Shown: positions 10,640-23,934, counted from the first letter of the stretch. The stretch is 52,547 nt of DNA from Octopus bimaculoides (GCF_001194135.2 NC_068982.1:83918203-83970749), one strand, 5' to 3'. A program made the numbers and translations. The notes: generated by a model not told the origin, from the letters alone.

Positions 10640-11365
10640 GGTTAAACACAACATTCTTCCACTTGTTGCATTCCTTTGTCAGCACTTTTGTGAGGTTGAC
10701 CTTCCTGAGATCACTTCTGCTCATGTCTTCTTTAGTTTCCTCCTCCATTGGTTTCTTCCACATGAATTTTTTGGCACTTCATGCACTTTTCATCTTCTTA
10801 CCCATCATATGTTCATATTGACATAGTCATTGCTCTTGTACCCTATATTTGATTCCTCTTATACCTACTTTTTTCTCAGTTCATCTGTACCTTGTCATTC
10901 GATTATACTAATATTGCACATCCAAAGGATCATTCATATTTGCTTTGTTTCTTTTCTAACTTTTAGACATGTTCTGCATTCAGTACCTACATCTTAGTAT
11001 GCAGCATCATAGATCATGCACTTGCATCATACAATTTACTCTTCACTTAGAGAATCCTCTCGTTAACAGAGAGATATTAGCTGCCTGAATTCTTTCCACC
11101 CTATTCAAATTCTGGCAACTATGCTTTCTAAACACTCTCCCCTACTGCTGTTTGGGTCACCTAGATAATAGAAGGTATGAAGTACTTCTGTAGAGCTTTC
11201 TGAACTTTGCAAAAAATTTATTTTCCTGATACTTTGTGGGTTCACCACTCCTCTACAATTAATGCAGGAAAATTATGTATTCACTGCCAGCCTATCTTTG
11301 TTTCCACTTATTTTCTTGTGCACCCATAGATCACAGAGTACACAGTATGGAATTTCTACTTATTC
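10640..11365 (-). mobile_element. Old degenerate RTE LINE fragment
   Basis: Minus strand shows a PHD remnant (RNSILCTLCDLWVHKK) and C-terminal SDLRKVNLTKVLTKECNKW. Confidence 0.6.
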
Positions 11366-12654
11366 ATTATCAGTGAAAATAAAATCTTAGTACTGTATGC
11401 AGAAAAGAAATTATTTGAGTGAGAAATATTTTGTTTTTGGTTTTTGGTTCAAATATATCTTTTGATTTATCATTCCCTTGGATGATTATATAGCTTACCA
11501 CACACCCTGTTGCCCATCCATCTCATCTATCCACCTTTATTCTTCCACTAGATATATGTATAAGAGACATCATTGGTCCTCCTCATCCCTCTGGCTCCCT
11601 CACCCATCACTAGGCATATGTGTTGGAGACAGCAGTGGTCCATCCTCATCCCTTCACCAGGCCAATATATAAGAGATTGCTTTTAGTCATTCCTATACCT
11701 CTGATTGTTTCATCCATCTTTACCTTTGTCCATTTTTGCTGTTCTAAATAACTTTGCCCACTTACATCATACTGCTCCATTCTTTCTTTCATCCTGGCCT
11801 TTCTGATGTCATCATTCTCTTGGTACTTACATGTTCCCTGCACCCACTTTTGGCCTCACTGCTAGTATTGCTCCCACCTGTTTCTCATCTCTGGTCTATA
11901 TGTCTAGGCTCTAAATACATTCTAGATTGTACTGTGTACAAGACATCACCCTTCCTATATCGGTACCACCCAATAACTTGTGCACCTTCAAGGTATTAGG
12001 TGAGTGAGACGTTCTTCTTAGTGCAGGTACCACAAAATGCACCCACTATGTCTTGTAAAGGGGTTGGCAAACTGAGCAGAAAATATGTAAGGTTCTGAAG
12101 TCCCTTTATTCAATCTCTCTTGTGTTTGTACTATGGAAAATGGAGCCAGTACACTCTGTAAAGTGGTTGGTGATGGAAAATGCATCCAACCATAAAAACT
12201 GAGCAAAATGACATGTACAGCCATAAGTCTATGAAAGACAACTCAAACTATTAATGACCCATGCAATTCATACCAGCTTGGAAAGCTGAAATAAAAATGT
12301 TGAGTATGATGGCTAGCTTATTATTTCTATTCATACTGCTTCCTATTAACTATTTTGTTTTGTTACTAGAAGTAGATTGGTGATATTGTTAAATGCCTTA
12401 TGATATCAATTTCTGAACATTTTAAATGATTAATTATGATGGGGTTGATTTTGGCTTTCATCCTTCTTGGTTTGAATAGTTTATTACCAAAAATACTGAA
12501 ATTAATTTAATAACCATGTTTCTTCTTTACAAATTTGATGTTGTTCTGCTTCTTTGAAACATTTCTTAATGCAAAAAATTTATTTTTAGAGAGTATAAAT
12601 TTCATTTAATTATTTATTGGTGAACTGTAAACCCAGTGATAATATTGGTTTTAA

Positions 12655-12825
12655 ATTTTGACACAAATTGACCTTAGTGTTCAGTTGATATTTATTTTAT
12701 CAACCCTGAAAGGATGTAAGACAAAGTCGACTTCAGTGTAATTTGAACTCAGAAAATAAAGATGGATGAAATGCCACTAAGCATTTAGCCCTGTGTGCTA
12801 ATGATTCTGTCAGCCCGCAGCTTTA
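12655..12825 (-). mobile_element. tRNA-derived SINE (Nin-like core)
   Basis: Minus strand has a tRNA-like head with B-box GAGTTCAAAT followed by GTCGACTTTG.CTT.CATCCTTTC.GGG.TGATAAA; related copy at 49803-49980. Confidence 0.65.
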
Positions 12826-13621
12826 AATTTGATGATAATACTGTTACTTTATCCATGTTTTCTCTGACCCATCTTTTATTAATTTTATGACATTTTCTGT
12901 AATCTGCTTTTTCATTTGTCTGAGGAAATGGTGCAGTTCCTCCTAGTTTGGTTAAGTCTGCGAGATTGACATCCAGTTAAAAATGTAGGTAGGAAGAAAA
13001 TCACAGAATATTTCTAGTAATTCTTGGAACTTCAGATAAACAGCTAATTAGATAAGTTGTTGGACTGCCTTGTTGAACTGCCACTGCAGTGGCCTTGAGT
13101 TCAAATCTGTTGCAAATATTTTGGATGCTTTTTTTATGTTGCAAAGCATTTTGCACTAACTTTACAACATCATTGCTAGATAATGTGAGGTTCTACTATC
13201 TCTCATACCCTTGTCATCTGAAAAGCAGATTTTTTATAAAAATGTTAGACTCAGAGAAAAATTCATATTTGTTTCCAAATATAGCTCTTGATTCCATTGT
13301 GCTAAGTGGTTCTCAGTTTAATCTCTGTATGGATCACTACTTTATTATAGAGAAACTGAGTTGGAAAAAATTGTTCTGCCTGGAAACATTTTTAAATAGT
13401 TGCAGCAAGATGTAGACAAGATCACAAGTGTCTTATAAACTTATAAACCTCTAATTTTGTGCTGACTTAATAAGATGCAAATTCAGAGTCTATTTTATTA
13501 CTATTTTTCTTTTACTAGTTTCACTCATTAAACTGCAGCCTTTAGAAGTTCTTAAACCGTTATATGAATTCCAGCGTATTTCCATTTTGAAATTTATGTT
13601 ATTAATCTCTTTTTTTTCAAG

Positions 13622-13636
13622 CCACTAAGGTACAAG
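13622..13636 (+). CDS. Possible 15-nt frame-preserving microexon (TTKVQ)
   Basis: CTCTTTTTTTTCAAG acceptor, AAG/GTATAA donor; phase 1 to 1 and open between exons 9947 and 15311. Sequence pattern only. Confidence 0.25.
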
Positions 13637-13999
13637 GTATAAAACCACCAGTTTTTAAACCAGTGAAAATATAAAGCTGGCACAAATACACATACTCAAT
13701 GCATATATAATGCAGACATGCACACATACACATGCACAGATACAAACACACATACATTCACACACATACACACATGTGCACAAATGAAAGTAAATAACGT
13801 TGTATATATGAGTAGAGTTGATTCAGTCTATTGTTACTCAGAGTTTCACAGACACATATATGAATTGTAATAGATGTCATCCACTAAAATTATAGCCTCT
13901 TGCCAGCCATAATTAGAAACCTTCTTGCTTGTATAAGTTGGAGGATCCCTGAGCTATTCACGGGCAGAGGTCTTCGATAGAACAGCACCCTGTTATAAT

Positions 14000-14950
14000 G
14001 ATAACTAGCTAGGAGCAGCTTAAGTAGCAAACTAGTCTACATGAATAGAATCTTATCCACCCCACAATTGAGTAGAATCAAGAAAATACATAGCTAAGAA
14101 TTCCCTAGCTTTAATAAGCCATAATTTCCTACAAATACTATAAGCTTTTCCACTCACACCATGTTAAGACTAGCTATTCATGTATTTACAACATTGCCTC
14201 CCAAATCAAATACTGCAACTGCAAATGCTCTAAAGCTGATGTATACTTACTAAAATCTCTCTGTTTTTGCACTGCTTCTTGGAAATGGTGTGCTGAGAAA
14301 CCATGACATTCCAAGAGAATATTAAATAGAATTATGTGAGGTTAACTATAAACATTTTCAAGGTTGTTTTGTTCAGCATCTTCAGTCATTCTGATGAAAG
14401 AACAGGGAAAATGCTACATCTCTGTCACATATCAGCTGGATACTTAAGGATAAGATACTGGTATGCTCTCCAGTAACATGGAGTATTATGAATAGGCCAC
14501 TCTATACATTAACTGGTCACCCTGAAAAGTTCTAGGTCTCAAAGCAGCCTGAGTATCTCTTAACTGGAAAACAATGATATTGTTTAATTGCTGCTACTAG
14601 AGGATGGTACTTCTGGAATTTTTTGGTCACTCTAAAGCCACAACCCACAACGAATCAGTTTTAGACAGTTTCAACCAGCTTGAAGATGATAGATTTGAAC
14701 TTAGTTGCCTCTTTCAACACCACAGCACCCTGAGCAACATAAGCTTTACTGTCTACAAATTTGTAACAAATTTTATCATTTAACCAACCTTAACCAATGA
14801 GAGTCAGCCGTCCAAAGTAATATATGGAGCTGATATCTTCTGTTATTATTTACAATATTGTCTGGCTGATCATATGCATATACCTAAAGTATGTTTCTGT
14901 TAAACTCTGGGTAACAATGGAGTGAATTACAAAATCCTTATGTGCTTCCT
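14000..14950 (-). mobile_element. Very old L2/CR1-like LINE remnant
   Basis: Minus-strand traces CYKFVD, LLESI and SAKTERF; heavily decayed. Confidence 0.3.
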
Positions 14951-15310
14951 CCATGCTAACATTCATTTCTTACTCAAGAAATGAGTGCTAGGATAGAAAA
15001 AGCACATAAGTAGCACATTGTCATTAGTAAGGTCACAGAGTGTGATGAATCAAGAACTGTTTTCCTATAAAATGAACATGCTAGTGAAACTTTACATTGA
15101 TAATGAAAAGGCAGTATCTTATTTGAGTAGTATTCCTTTATTCCTTTATGTGTTCCAGCCCAAGGCTGTGACCATGCTTGGGCACTGCCATTAGTATAAG
15201 TAAAAAAAAATAATGCTTTCTTTCAAATGTTTTAAAATATGTTACATTTTTTATATCTTTTCATTTAAATACAAATGGATAATATTGGTTTTGTTATTCT
15301 GATTCAACAG

Positions 15311-15318
15311 AACGTAAG
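15311..15318 (+). CDS. 8-nt microexon AACGTAAG, phase 1 to 0 (KRK or ERK)
   Basis: TTTTGTTATTCTGATTCAACAG acceptor, AAG/GTAAGA donor; supplies the phase change needed to join exons 9947 and 16013. Confidence 0.55.
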
Positions 15319-16012
15319 GTAAGATTTAATTTCATTACTTTTTATTTGACTTTATGTAAATACAATATCATTTTGCTCATTACAAAGTTGTCTGTGTAGT
15401 ATATAAATATTGAATTTTTTTAATATTTCTACTAGAGCTCATTAACTTAGTAATAGTAATGGAGGTATCTAAAATAAATAATTTAAATGAGTTTCTTTGG
15501 TTCAACAACACTAGTGAAATGTGTTCCCTCAATATATAAGAGTTAGAATATCTTTGTGTATGTCATATATTTTTTGAAATATTTTATCTGATGTGAATTG
15601 TAGATTGATTCACTGATCCTTGAGAACCAAACATCTGATGAGGCTATTGCTCACAATTTTAAGACCAAAGAAGGCACTTTGTTTTGTGTTTATTACCATA
15701 GACATTTTCTTTCATAACTTTAACTCAAAAATAGCTGATGGTGACTTGAAGATAAACAGTGTTTCTTGACAATTTTAAACAAATGAAAGTCTTCTGGTGT
15801 ATTCAATCAGTAAAATCCACATTTTGCTAAGAGTACTCTTACTATGAAATATGAAAACAATGAGTATATGTTAGTACATTGTTGAGACTTCATACAAGAT
15901 GTAATAACTAGAAAAACCTATTTGATATTTGAAAAAATATGAAAGTATAATTCCTTGTTTAATAAACAGATCTACTTAAGTTTTTCTTCTTATGTTTTTT
16001 TTCTTTTTAAAG

Positions 16013-16032
16013 CAGAAGGCAAAAGCTAACTT
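16013..16032 (+). CDS. 20-nt microexon (QKAKANL), phase 0 to 2; NAGNAG alternative start at 16016
   Basis: Long T-rich tract ending TTTTTAAAG|CAG; perfect GTAAGT donor at 16033; phase matches exon 34756. Confidence 0.65.
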
Positions 16033-16149
16033 GTAAGTATATTATATAGATTCAAATAAATTTTATAGTTTTACATTATCTATATTACTCACTTTATTTC
16101 AAACTTCTTCAAGAAGTGTTTAACTATTAACTTAACTTTGGTTGATCTT

Positions 16150-16720
16150 CAGTTTCATGCATGTTTCTGTCAATAATACCAATGTAGCTGAGTGATCCTC
16201 ATCTTCTGTTAGGGTGTAGATGTATCCCACATACTACATATGACATGGCCTGGTGCTCAGCTCAATAGCAGTGATCAGCAAAGCCACTGACATGGGTTTT
16301 GTGCTCAATCATTTGAACTCATGAGAAAACTGATGTATGTACTATCAGGCTTTGTTGAAACGTCTTCATAATCTAGATTTTGGCCATATAGAGAAGAATG
16401 CTCTCTACTTATACCCTGAAGAAGGCTAGCCTTATTGAATTTGAAATACATAACTAACAAACATTTTGGTGCTTGATATTTTGGGGATATTTTTTGCATG
16501 TCATACAGTCTTTGTAACTGTCAGCAACATATTTGGAATTACTGACTTCCTTGAGTTGAGTGCTATCATTGGAACAAATCAGCAATTGACTTTCATCTTC
16601 ATTCATGATCATATTCTCAATTTTTTTGCACTGATAAACAAACAACCTGTGACTACAGTATTTCCAAGGGGTATTAACAAGCCTTGCACAGCACACAATT
16701 GATGATTTGCGAGTACAAAA
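16150..16720 (-). mobile_element. Degenerate RTE/RTEX-like LINE RT C-terminal fragment
   Basis: Minus ORFs QLKEVSNSKY (like EVDNFKYLG), LLQGISREHSSLYG (like LFRATVESVLLYG), PDSTYISFLM (like LDGTYTRLLM). Confidence 0.45.
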
Positions 16721-16748
16721 TGATTAGTATAAGCAAAGTCAGGGAGTT

Positions 16749-17518
16749 CTCTCTCTCTCGGCCTCACTCTGTCTGTCTGTCTCTCTTTCAATTACCACTT
16801 GCTTCACCAAGACTTCTTCCACCACCACCACCACCCCATATAAGCTAACGCACGCACTCAGATTCCTCTACTCGATTTTTAATACCCCTGCCAAAGGATA
16901 TAAATCTCAGAAGATGCTCAGATAAGAAGTTTTGTCTTTTCAACCTCATTCATCTACTCTTCTATTTCTGCGCAGATCATAAACTCCTTATTTAGTTCCT
17001 TTCATTATTCTGTTTATTTCATTACCATGTAAACATGTAAATATAGTTTCAATAGTTTCGTCTTCCTCGTTGTTGCCTTAAGATAACCTTAGTTCACGCA
17101 TTTCCTGAAGCGTAACATATACATTTATTCACGTTTATCACACAGTCACTTATTTCTATAATTTTGTCATAGATTGGCTGACCAAAAACTCTAAGATTTT
17201 TCAGTTCTATTTTACTATTATCGACATTTGCTGTTTCATTAAATTATGCTACCCAAATCTCCAAAGAATGTTTTTTTCCCTTGTGTTCCGACCACTCTAA
17301 CTCTGGCACCCCCTCTCTCTCTCTCTCTCTGCCTCACTCTGTCTCTTTCTCTTTCTCTCTCTCTGCCTCACTCTGTCTGTCTCACTTTTGATTACCACTT
17401 GCTTTGCCAAGACTTCCTCCACTCCCACCCCCACCCTATATAAACTAGCGCATGCACTTGGATTCCCCTACTCGATTTTAATACCTCTGCCGAAAGAATA
17501 AGTATCCAGAAGATGCTC
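16749..17518 (+). repeat. Direct repeat pair (16749-16919 and 17355-17518) with CT tract and TATA-like box, upstream of the RTE
   Basis: Shared GCCTCACTCTGTCTGTCT..ATTACCACTTGCTT..CCAAGACTTC.TCC..ATATAA.CTA.CGCA.GCACT..GAAGATGCTC. Confidence 0.8.
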
Positions 17519-17539
17519 TCATCTAAATTTGCTAGTTTG

Positions 17540-20500
17540 CAGTATGCCTGCCCTCCCATCCCCTCCACCTGTACCGGAAGTTCCTATCCTCTGTCATCCT
17601 TTGGTTGTCTCCCATGAACACTTCTAAAGGCTTTACGCCATCCCCACCCCTACTTAGGGTTTATCTCCTATGTAAGGTAGTGATCATATAGTGCATAAAT
17701 ATGATGGTGTAATGTATACAGGTTGAATCGAAGGCTATTGTTTGTTTATGAACTCCGCCAAATGCGAGCTTTCTTTTCAGATACATGACGCTGTTGTCTC
17801 CAAACCCAGGTTCTCACAGGCCCACACCTCCTACACCCTCAGGGTTGGCACTCTCAACGTCGGCACACTGAGAAGTAGATCTGGTGAGATTGTTCAGATG
17901 ATTGAATGGAGATGTGTCGATTTGTGCTCCTCCGGGAAGTAAGGTGGAGAGGAGGTTCCGCTAGGTTCCTCACAGGCAAAGAACACAGGTACAAGATTTT
18001 CTGGGCAGGGAACACTGACGGGGTCGGGGCATGGGTATACTTCTTGCAGAGAAATGAGTTGATAAGGTAATCGAGGTAGTCAGAGTATGTGACAGAATAC
18101 TTAAGATTAGATTTGTGCTTCATCAAGGGTTAGCAACCATTATCTCGGTCTATGCTCCTCAGCTGGGGCTACCTGATGGACAGAAAGACCAATTTTATGA
18201 CACCCTCTTGCAGACCACCATGTTGACGAATGACAGGGACCTTCTCTTTGTGGCTGGTGACTTCAATGGACATGTTGGACAACATGCAGAGGGCTTCCAT
18301 GGTGTACATGAAGGCTATGGTTTTGGTCCTGCAATGAGGAGGGAACCAGGCTGCTGGAGTTCTGTGATGCAAATGACCTTATGGTCTGCAATACTAACTT
18401 CAGGAAGCCTGCCAGTCACCTAGTCACCTACCATTCTGGCAGACACACTAGCCAAATTGACTACATCCTCGCCAGAAAAAGGGAAAGATGGCTGTTTATT
18501 TTTAGAGAGTATAAATTTCATTTAATTATTTATTGGTGAACTGTAAACCCAGTGATAATATTGGTTTTAAATTTTGACACAAATTGACCTTAGTGTTCAG
18601 TTGATATTTATTTTATCAACCCTGAAAGGATGTAAGACAAAGTCGACTTCAGTGTAATTTGAACTCAGAAAATAAAGATGGNNNNNNNNNNNNNNNNNNN
18701 NNNNNNNNNNNNNNNNNNNNNNNNNNNNNNNNNNNNNNNNNNNNNNNNNNNNAAATGGTGCAGTTCCTCCTAGTTTGGTTAAGTCTGTGAGATTGACATC
18801 CAGTTAAAAATGTAGGTAGGAAGAAAATCACAGAATATTTCTAGTAATTCTTGGAACTTCAGATAAACAGCTAATTAGATAAGTTGTTGGACTGCCTTGT
18901 TGAACTGCCACTGCAGTGGCCTTGAGTTCAAATCTGTTGCAAATATTTTGGATGCTTTTTTTATGTTGCAAAGCATTTTGCACTAACTTTACAACATCAT
19001 TGCTAGATAATGTGAGGTTCTACTATCTCTCATACCCTTGTCATCTGAAAAGCAGATTTTTTATAAATGTACCCCACAACATAGACTAGTAGTTAGCGAC
19101 TTCAGGATCAGGGCCAAATGGATGCTCAGAAGACGACCAGCATGGAGGAGAAGGGTCTGGAACCTTAAAGAACCTGCGAATGAACAGACATTTTGAGACA
19201 TTACTCGAGGCCTTTGACAAAATAGAAGGGGATATAGCTTCACACAATGTGGAAGACAACTGGAGGTTTCTATGGGACAACCTGCTGAGGGCCACTGACA
19301 AGCTGTGGATGGTGCAAAGTCCCCTCTCGACCCAAAATAACGTGGTGGTGGAACAATGTTGTTGACAGGGCTATTACAGAAAAGAAACAGGCTTAGAAGG
19401 ACTTGAAGAACGGTGGTAGCTGGGAAGTTTATCAGACTGCCAGAAGGGAAGCTAGGAGACAGTTTTATTCAGCCAGAGGGGAAGCAGATAAAAAAAAATT
19501 TGCCAATGTTTTGTGCCATGAGGACCAAAGACTTGAGATATTTCATGTTGCAAGACAGTGTATGAGAGATAATCGTCATGTCGTGGGAGAGAAATGTGTT
19601 CGCATGGATGATGGTTCACTTGCACTAAACGAGGCTGCAAAGAAAGAGGTTTGGAGACGCCACTATGAAAGATTGCTCAATAAAGAGAATGAATGGGAGA
19701 AAGAGAGTCTGCCAAATGTCGACCCAACAGAGGGACCAGCTATCCGAGTTGATAGTACCATGGTAGATAAAGCAATTAAGAGTCTGAAGACAGGGAAAGC
19801 CCCTAGCCCATCAGGAATCCCTGCAGAGATGCTCAAAATATCTGGCAGTGTCGGCTATAGCCTAGTCACCCATATTGTTAATCAGGTGATACACAAAGGA
19901 GTCATACCCAATGACTGGTGTAGCAGCACCATAGTCAACTGTTACAAGGGTAAGGGTGACACTTTAGATACAAATAATTACAGAGGTATCAAGTTGTTAG
20001 ATCAGGTAATGAAAGTCATGGAGAGGGTCATAGCCCAACTAATTAGGGAGAGAGTCAGTTTAGATGAGATGCAGTTTGAGTTCGTCCCAGGGAAAAGCAC
20101 CACTGATGCTATATTTCTGGTAAGACAGCTGCAGGAAAAGTACCTAGCCAAAGATAAACCTCTGTACCTGGCTTTCGTTGACATGGAGAAAGCCTTTGAC
20201 AGGGTCCCCCAATCTCTTATCTGGTGGTTAATGAGGAAATTAGGGATAGATGAATGGTTAGTGAGAGCTGTGCAAGTCATGTACAGGGACGCTGTCAGTA
20301 AGGTAAGGGTTGGCAATAAGTACAGTGAAGAATTCCGGCTAGAGGTAGGGATCCACCAAGGTTCAGTCCTCAAGCCACTCGTATTTATCATAGTACTCCA
20401 GGCGATAACAGAGTAATTCAAGACAGGATGCCCCGGGAGCTCCTCTATGCTGATGACCATGCCCCAATTACTGAGTCACTATCAGAACTAGAGAAGTTTC

Positions 20501-21975
20501 AGGTGTGGAAGCAAGGACTAGAATCGAAGGGCCTTAGAGTCAACCTAGTTAAAACCAAAGTCCTAATAAGTAGGAAGCCAGACAAACCACAAATCCTTTC
20601 AGGTAGATGGCTTGGCTCAATCTGTAGAAAAGGTGTAGGTAGAAACTCCATAAGATGAACCCAGTGTAACCTATGGACACATAAGAGGTGCAGCAATATC
20701 AAAGGAAGGCTAACTGAGAAGATAGTTTTTGTATGTGGCAAATGCTCAGGTTCTATAAACACAGAAAATGTTCAGAGAACAGCTTCTGTCACATTCCAGG
20801 GAGAAAAACTAGAAGTAGTTGATAGCGTCTGTTATCTAGGTGACCAAATCAGTAGCAGGGGTGGGTGCACTGAAAGTGTAGCTGCTAGAATAAGAATAGC
20901 TTGGGCAAAGTTCAGAGAGCTCTTACCTCTGCTGGTGACAAAGGGCCTCTCAATCAGAGTAAAAGGCAGACTGCATAACGCTTGTGTATGAACAGCCATG
21001 CTACATGGCAGTGAAACATGGGTCATGACTGCTGAGGACATGCGTAAGCTTGCAAGGAATGAAGCCAGTATGCTCCGATGGATGTGTAATGTCAGTGTGC
21101 ATTCTCAAAAGAGTGTAAATACCTTGAGAGAAAAGTTGGACCTAAGAAGCCTCAGATGTGGCGTGCAAGAGAGATGGCTACGCTGGTATGGTCATGTGGC
21201 AAGAATGGATGAGGATAGTTGTGTGAAAAGGTGTCACACTCTAGCGGTTGAGGGAACCTGTGGAAGAGGTAGGCCCAGGAAGACCTGGGATGAGGTGGTG
21301 AAGCACGACCTTCGAACATTAGGCCTCACTGAGGCAATGACTAGTGACTGGGACCTTTGGAAATATGCTGTGCTTGAAAAGATCTGACAAGCCAATTGAG
21401 ACCATAACCTGTGGCCTATGCCAGGGGTGTAACCAGCCCACTTATGCATACATTTCCTTCTTTGGACACTAAACTCTGCTGGTGAAGACCTGTTAAGACA
21501 TATGAAATCAAAATCAAATTCGATGGCTGGCATCCGTGCCAGTGGAGCACTAAGAACACCATCCAAGCATGATCTTTGCCAGTGCAGCTGACTGGCTTCT
21601 GTGCCGGTGGCACATAAAAAACACCATTTGAGTGTGATCATTACCAGCATCGCCTTACTGGCACGTGAAAAAATATTCAAGTGAAGTCATTGCCAGTGCC
21701 ACTGGACTGGCTCCTGTGCAGGTGGCATGTAAAATACACCATTTGAGCGTGGCCAATGCCAGTACCGCCTGAGTGGCCCTCGTGCCGGTGGCACGTAAAA
21801 GCACCCACTACACTCTCGGAGTGGTTGGCGTTAGGAAGGGCATCCAGCTGTAGAAACTCTGCCAGATCAGATTGGAGACTGGTGCAGCCATCTTGTTCGC
21901 CAGTCGTCTTTCAAATTGTCCGACCTATGCTAGTATGGAAAGCAGACATTAAACGATGATGTTGATGCTGATGAT
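17540..21975 (+). mobile_element. Near full-length RTE LINE (APE endonuclease, RT, PHD-like finger), inactivated
   Basis: LRVGTLNVGT, AGDFNGH, IDY (APE); RT ORF 19403-20416 with YRGIKLL, DMEKAFDRVP, QGSVL; YADD at about 20445; C-terminal ORF 20998-21387; 3'UTR and GAT tail. Several stops and frameshifts. Confidence 0.95.
18495..19067 (+). repeat. Copy of intronic segment 12579-13240 inserted inside the RTE
   Basis: Matches 12579-12765 and 12926-13240 on either side of a 71-N gap; I saw one C to T difference (12961 vs 18788). Confidence 0.9.
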
Positions 21976-23934
21976 AGGGAAATTTTTATTTAGGAAAGGA
22001 CTGAGATAGTTTGTTTAGTATTCTTACCTGAATCAAGTGGTATTTATATTCAATAAAAATTGAAGACAGATAGCCAAGTAATTAAAACACCTTAATGTTC
22101 AAGGTCCATAAATTCAAATCAAATATTAGTGTTGAAGTTTTGAACAGAAACTTTATTATACAGATCTCAATTTATATAATTGTCATGGATATGTTCCAGA
22201 ACTTCTGGCTATAGTCTTATGGGAAATTTGTCTTAATTATTACAGAAACCCAATTTAAGCGCTAAAGTTTGTAAAAGGATCCAATTTTAACTTATATTTT
22301 GTTGACTTTAAACATGATTAAATTGTCAAGATTTCTATTGGCAGATGTGAAGTAAAAATTGATAATAAGCAGGTGGTGTTCATTTTAACGTAGGAGAAAA
22401 TTTTGAATGGAAAGTGTAAGGGTAGAAGAGTGTGTGGTGTGGTTGTCATTGAAAGAAAATCATAAATGAGAAAAAAATGGGGTTTTTTTGATGGGGAGAT
22501 ACTACTGACATTTGAAACTGAAAGAGTATTATCAGCATCAAGTAATATGATACAGCCAGTGATGCTTCAGATCAGTATGATTATTTTCAAGTCCAAGGAT
22601 TTGTGGAAAGAGATTTGGACTTAAAGATATGGGAGCTTTGGTAACAAAAGAAAGTTTTAATACCACTGAGATCATGTTATTCATATAGGAAGTATTAGAA
22701 TCTACACTGGAAGAGAGAGAGAGAGAGAGTATTATAATAAGTAGTTTTCCTCATTTTAGAAATGTTAGATGTAGAACTAATTCTTGAGATAATAGAGTTT
22801 TTCTTTAGGAGGACTGGATGCATAGGTATATATTTTTATAACATAGTTAATGTTATAAAAATATATACTTATGTTAATGGAGAAAGGAAAGTTAAATAGC
22901 TTAGTTGAAATAGATCATATACATGTCATATATGGCACATATTCTAGGGCTCTCCTTCACTTCTCTCCATTTTATTCATTTTACTCTTGTTTCACTCCTC
23001 AAAACTCGCACAGTAATTATGATGAAACTCTTTACCATATATCCTTTGGCTGTATTTCCACAGCGGTGCACTCTATCCTCCCCTATGTGTTCCCTGCAAT
23101 TACTGAAATGTACTAATTCAAATTAAACATTAACTACATTAATATAATCCAAATTTCCTAATTTTCCAATCTAGGAAGTTAAAAGCTTAACACCAATTCC
23201 CTTTATTTTTTCAGTCAGATATATAAATGCTTCCACCAATCAATAAATGCCATCCTAGGCTGTTTTACTCCCAACTTTGAAAACTAAATTAAAAAGAAAT
23301 TTAAATGTTTAATTTTTGAAACCAGTATTTTATATTAAACTAGCAGTATAACCCGACATTGTCCGAGTGTGACTTATTACGCCATCTACGATAAGTCTTG
23401 CTAGGTGAAAATCAACTAAAAAAGAAAGCCTTACAACGAAAAAACCATTATGATGTAAATATGTTCATAATTCAAAAGACGATGAAATTAATAGGGAAAG
23501 TCTGAAGGCTGTTTTGCGTAAAATTATTAAGCATATGTAAATTTCATCCGTCCAATTGGCTATAGAAATGCTTGTGCAAAACAACTTTTTGCGCTGCCCT
23601 AATTATACATAGCAGGGTAATCCCTTTTCGCAGGAGCTAGGACGGCAGTTTATGATGAAGCAATTGTTGCTACACAGTTTTGCCAAAATTCTATCAGATT
23701 GGGCAGAAGATGTTGATGCACTATTTTGCATTATGTTCAAAGTAGCTTCTGGAATGTGGTGAATCGCTGCAGTCTGTTGATGTCATTTTAAACCGGTTGC
23801 TTTCTTTCCCCAGCAAACTCTTCTGTAGAGGCATAATCTATGTATATATTAAACAGAACAACAAAAGTTATAATAGATGGCAGGGTCGGTACTTTTCACA
23901 TATCTGTAATTTTTCAGATTAACACCCGCACGAT

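Noticed and set aside
12760-12825. tRNA gene (also SINE heads near 36060 and 49950)
   Set aside because: Only degenerate A/B-box-like motifs followed by a SINE core; no cloverleaf.
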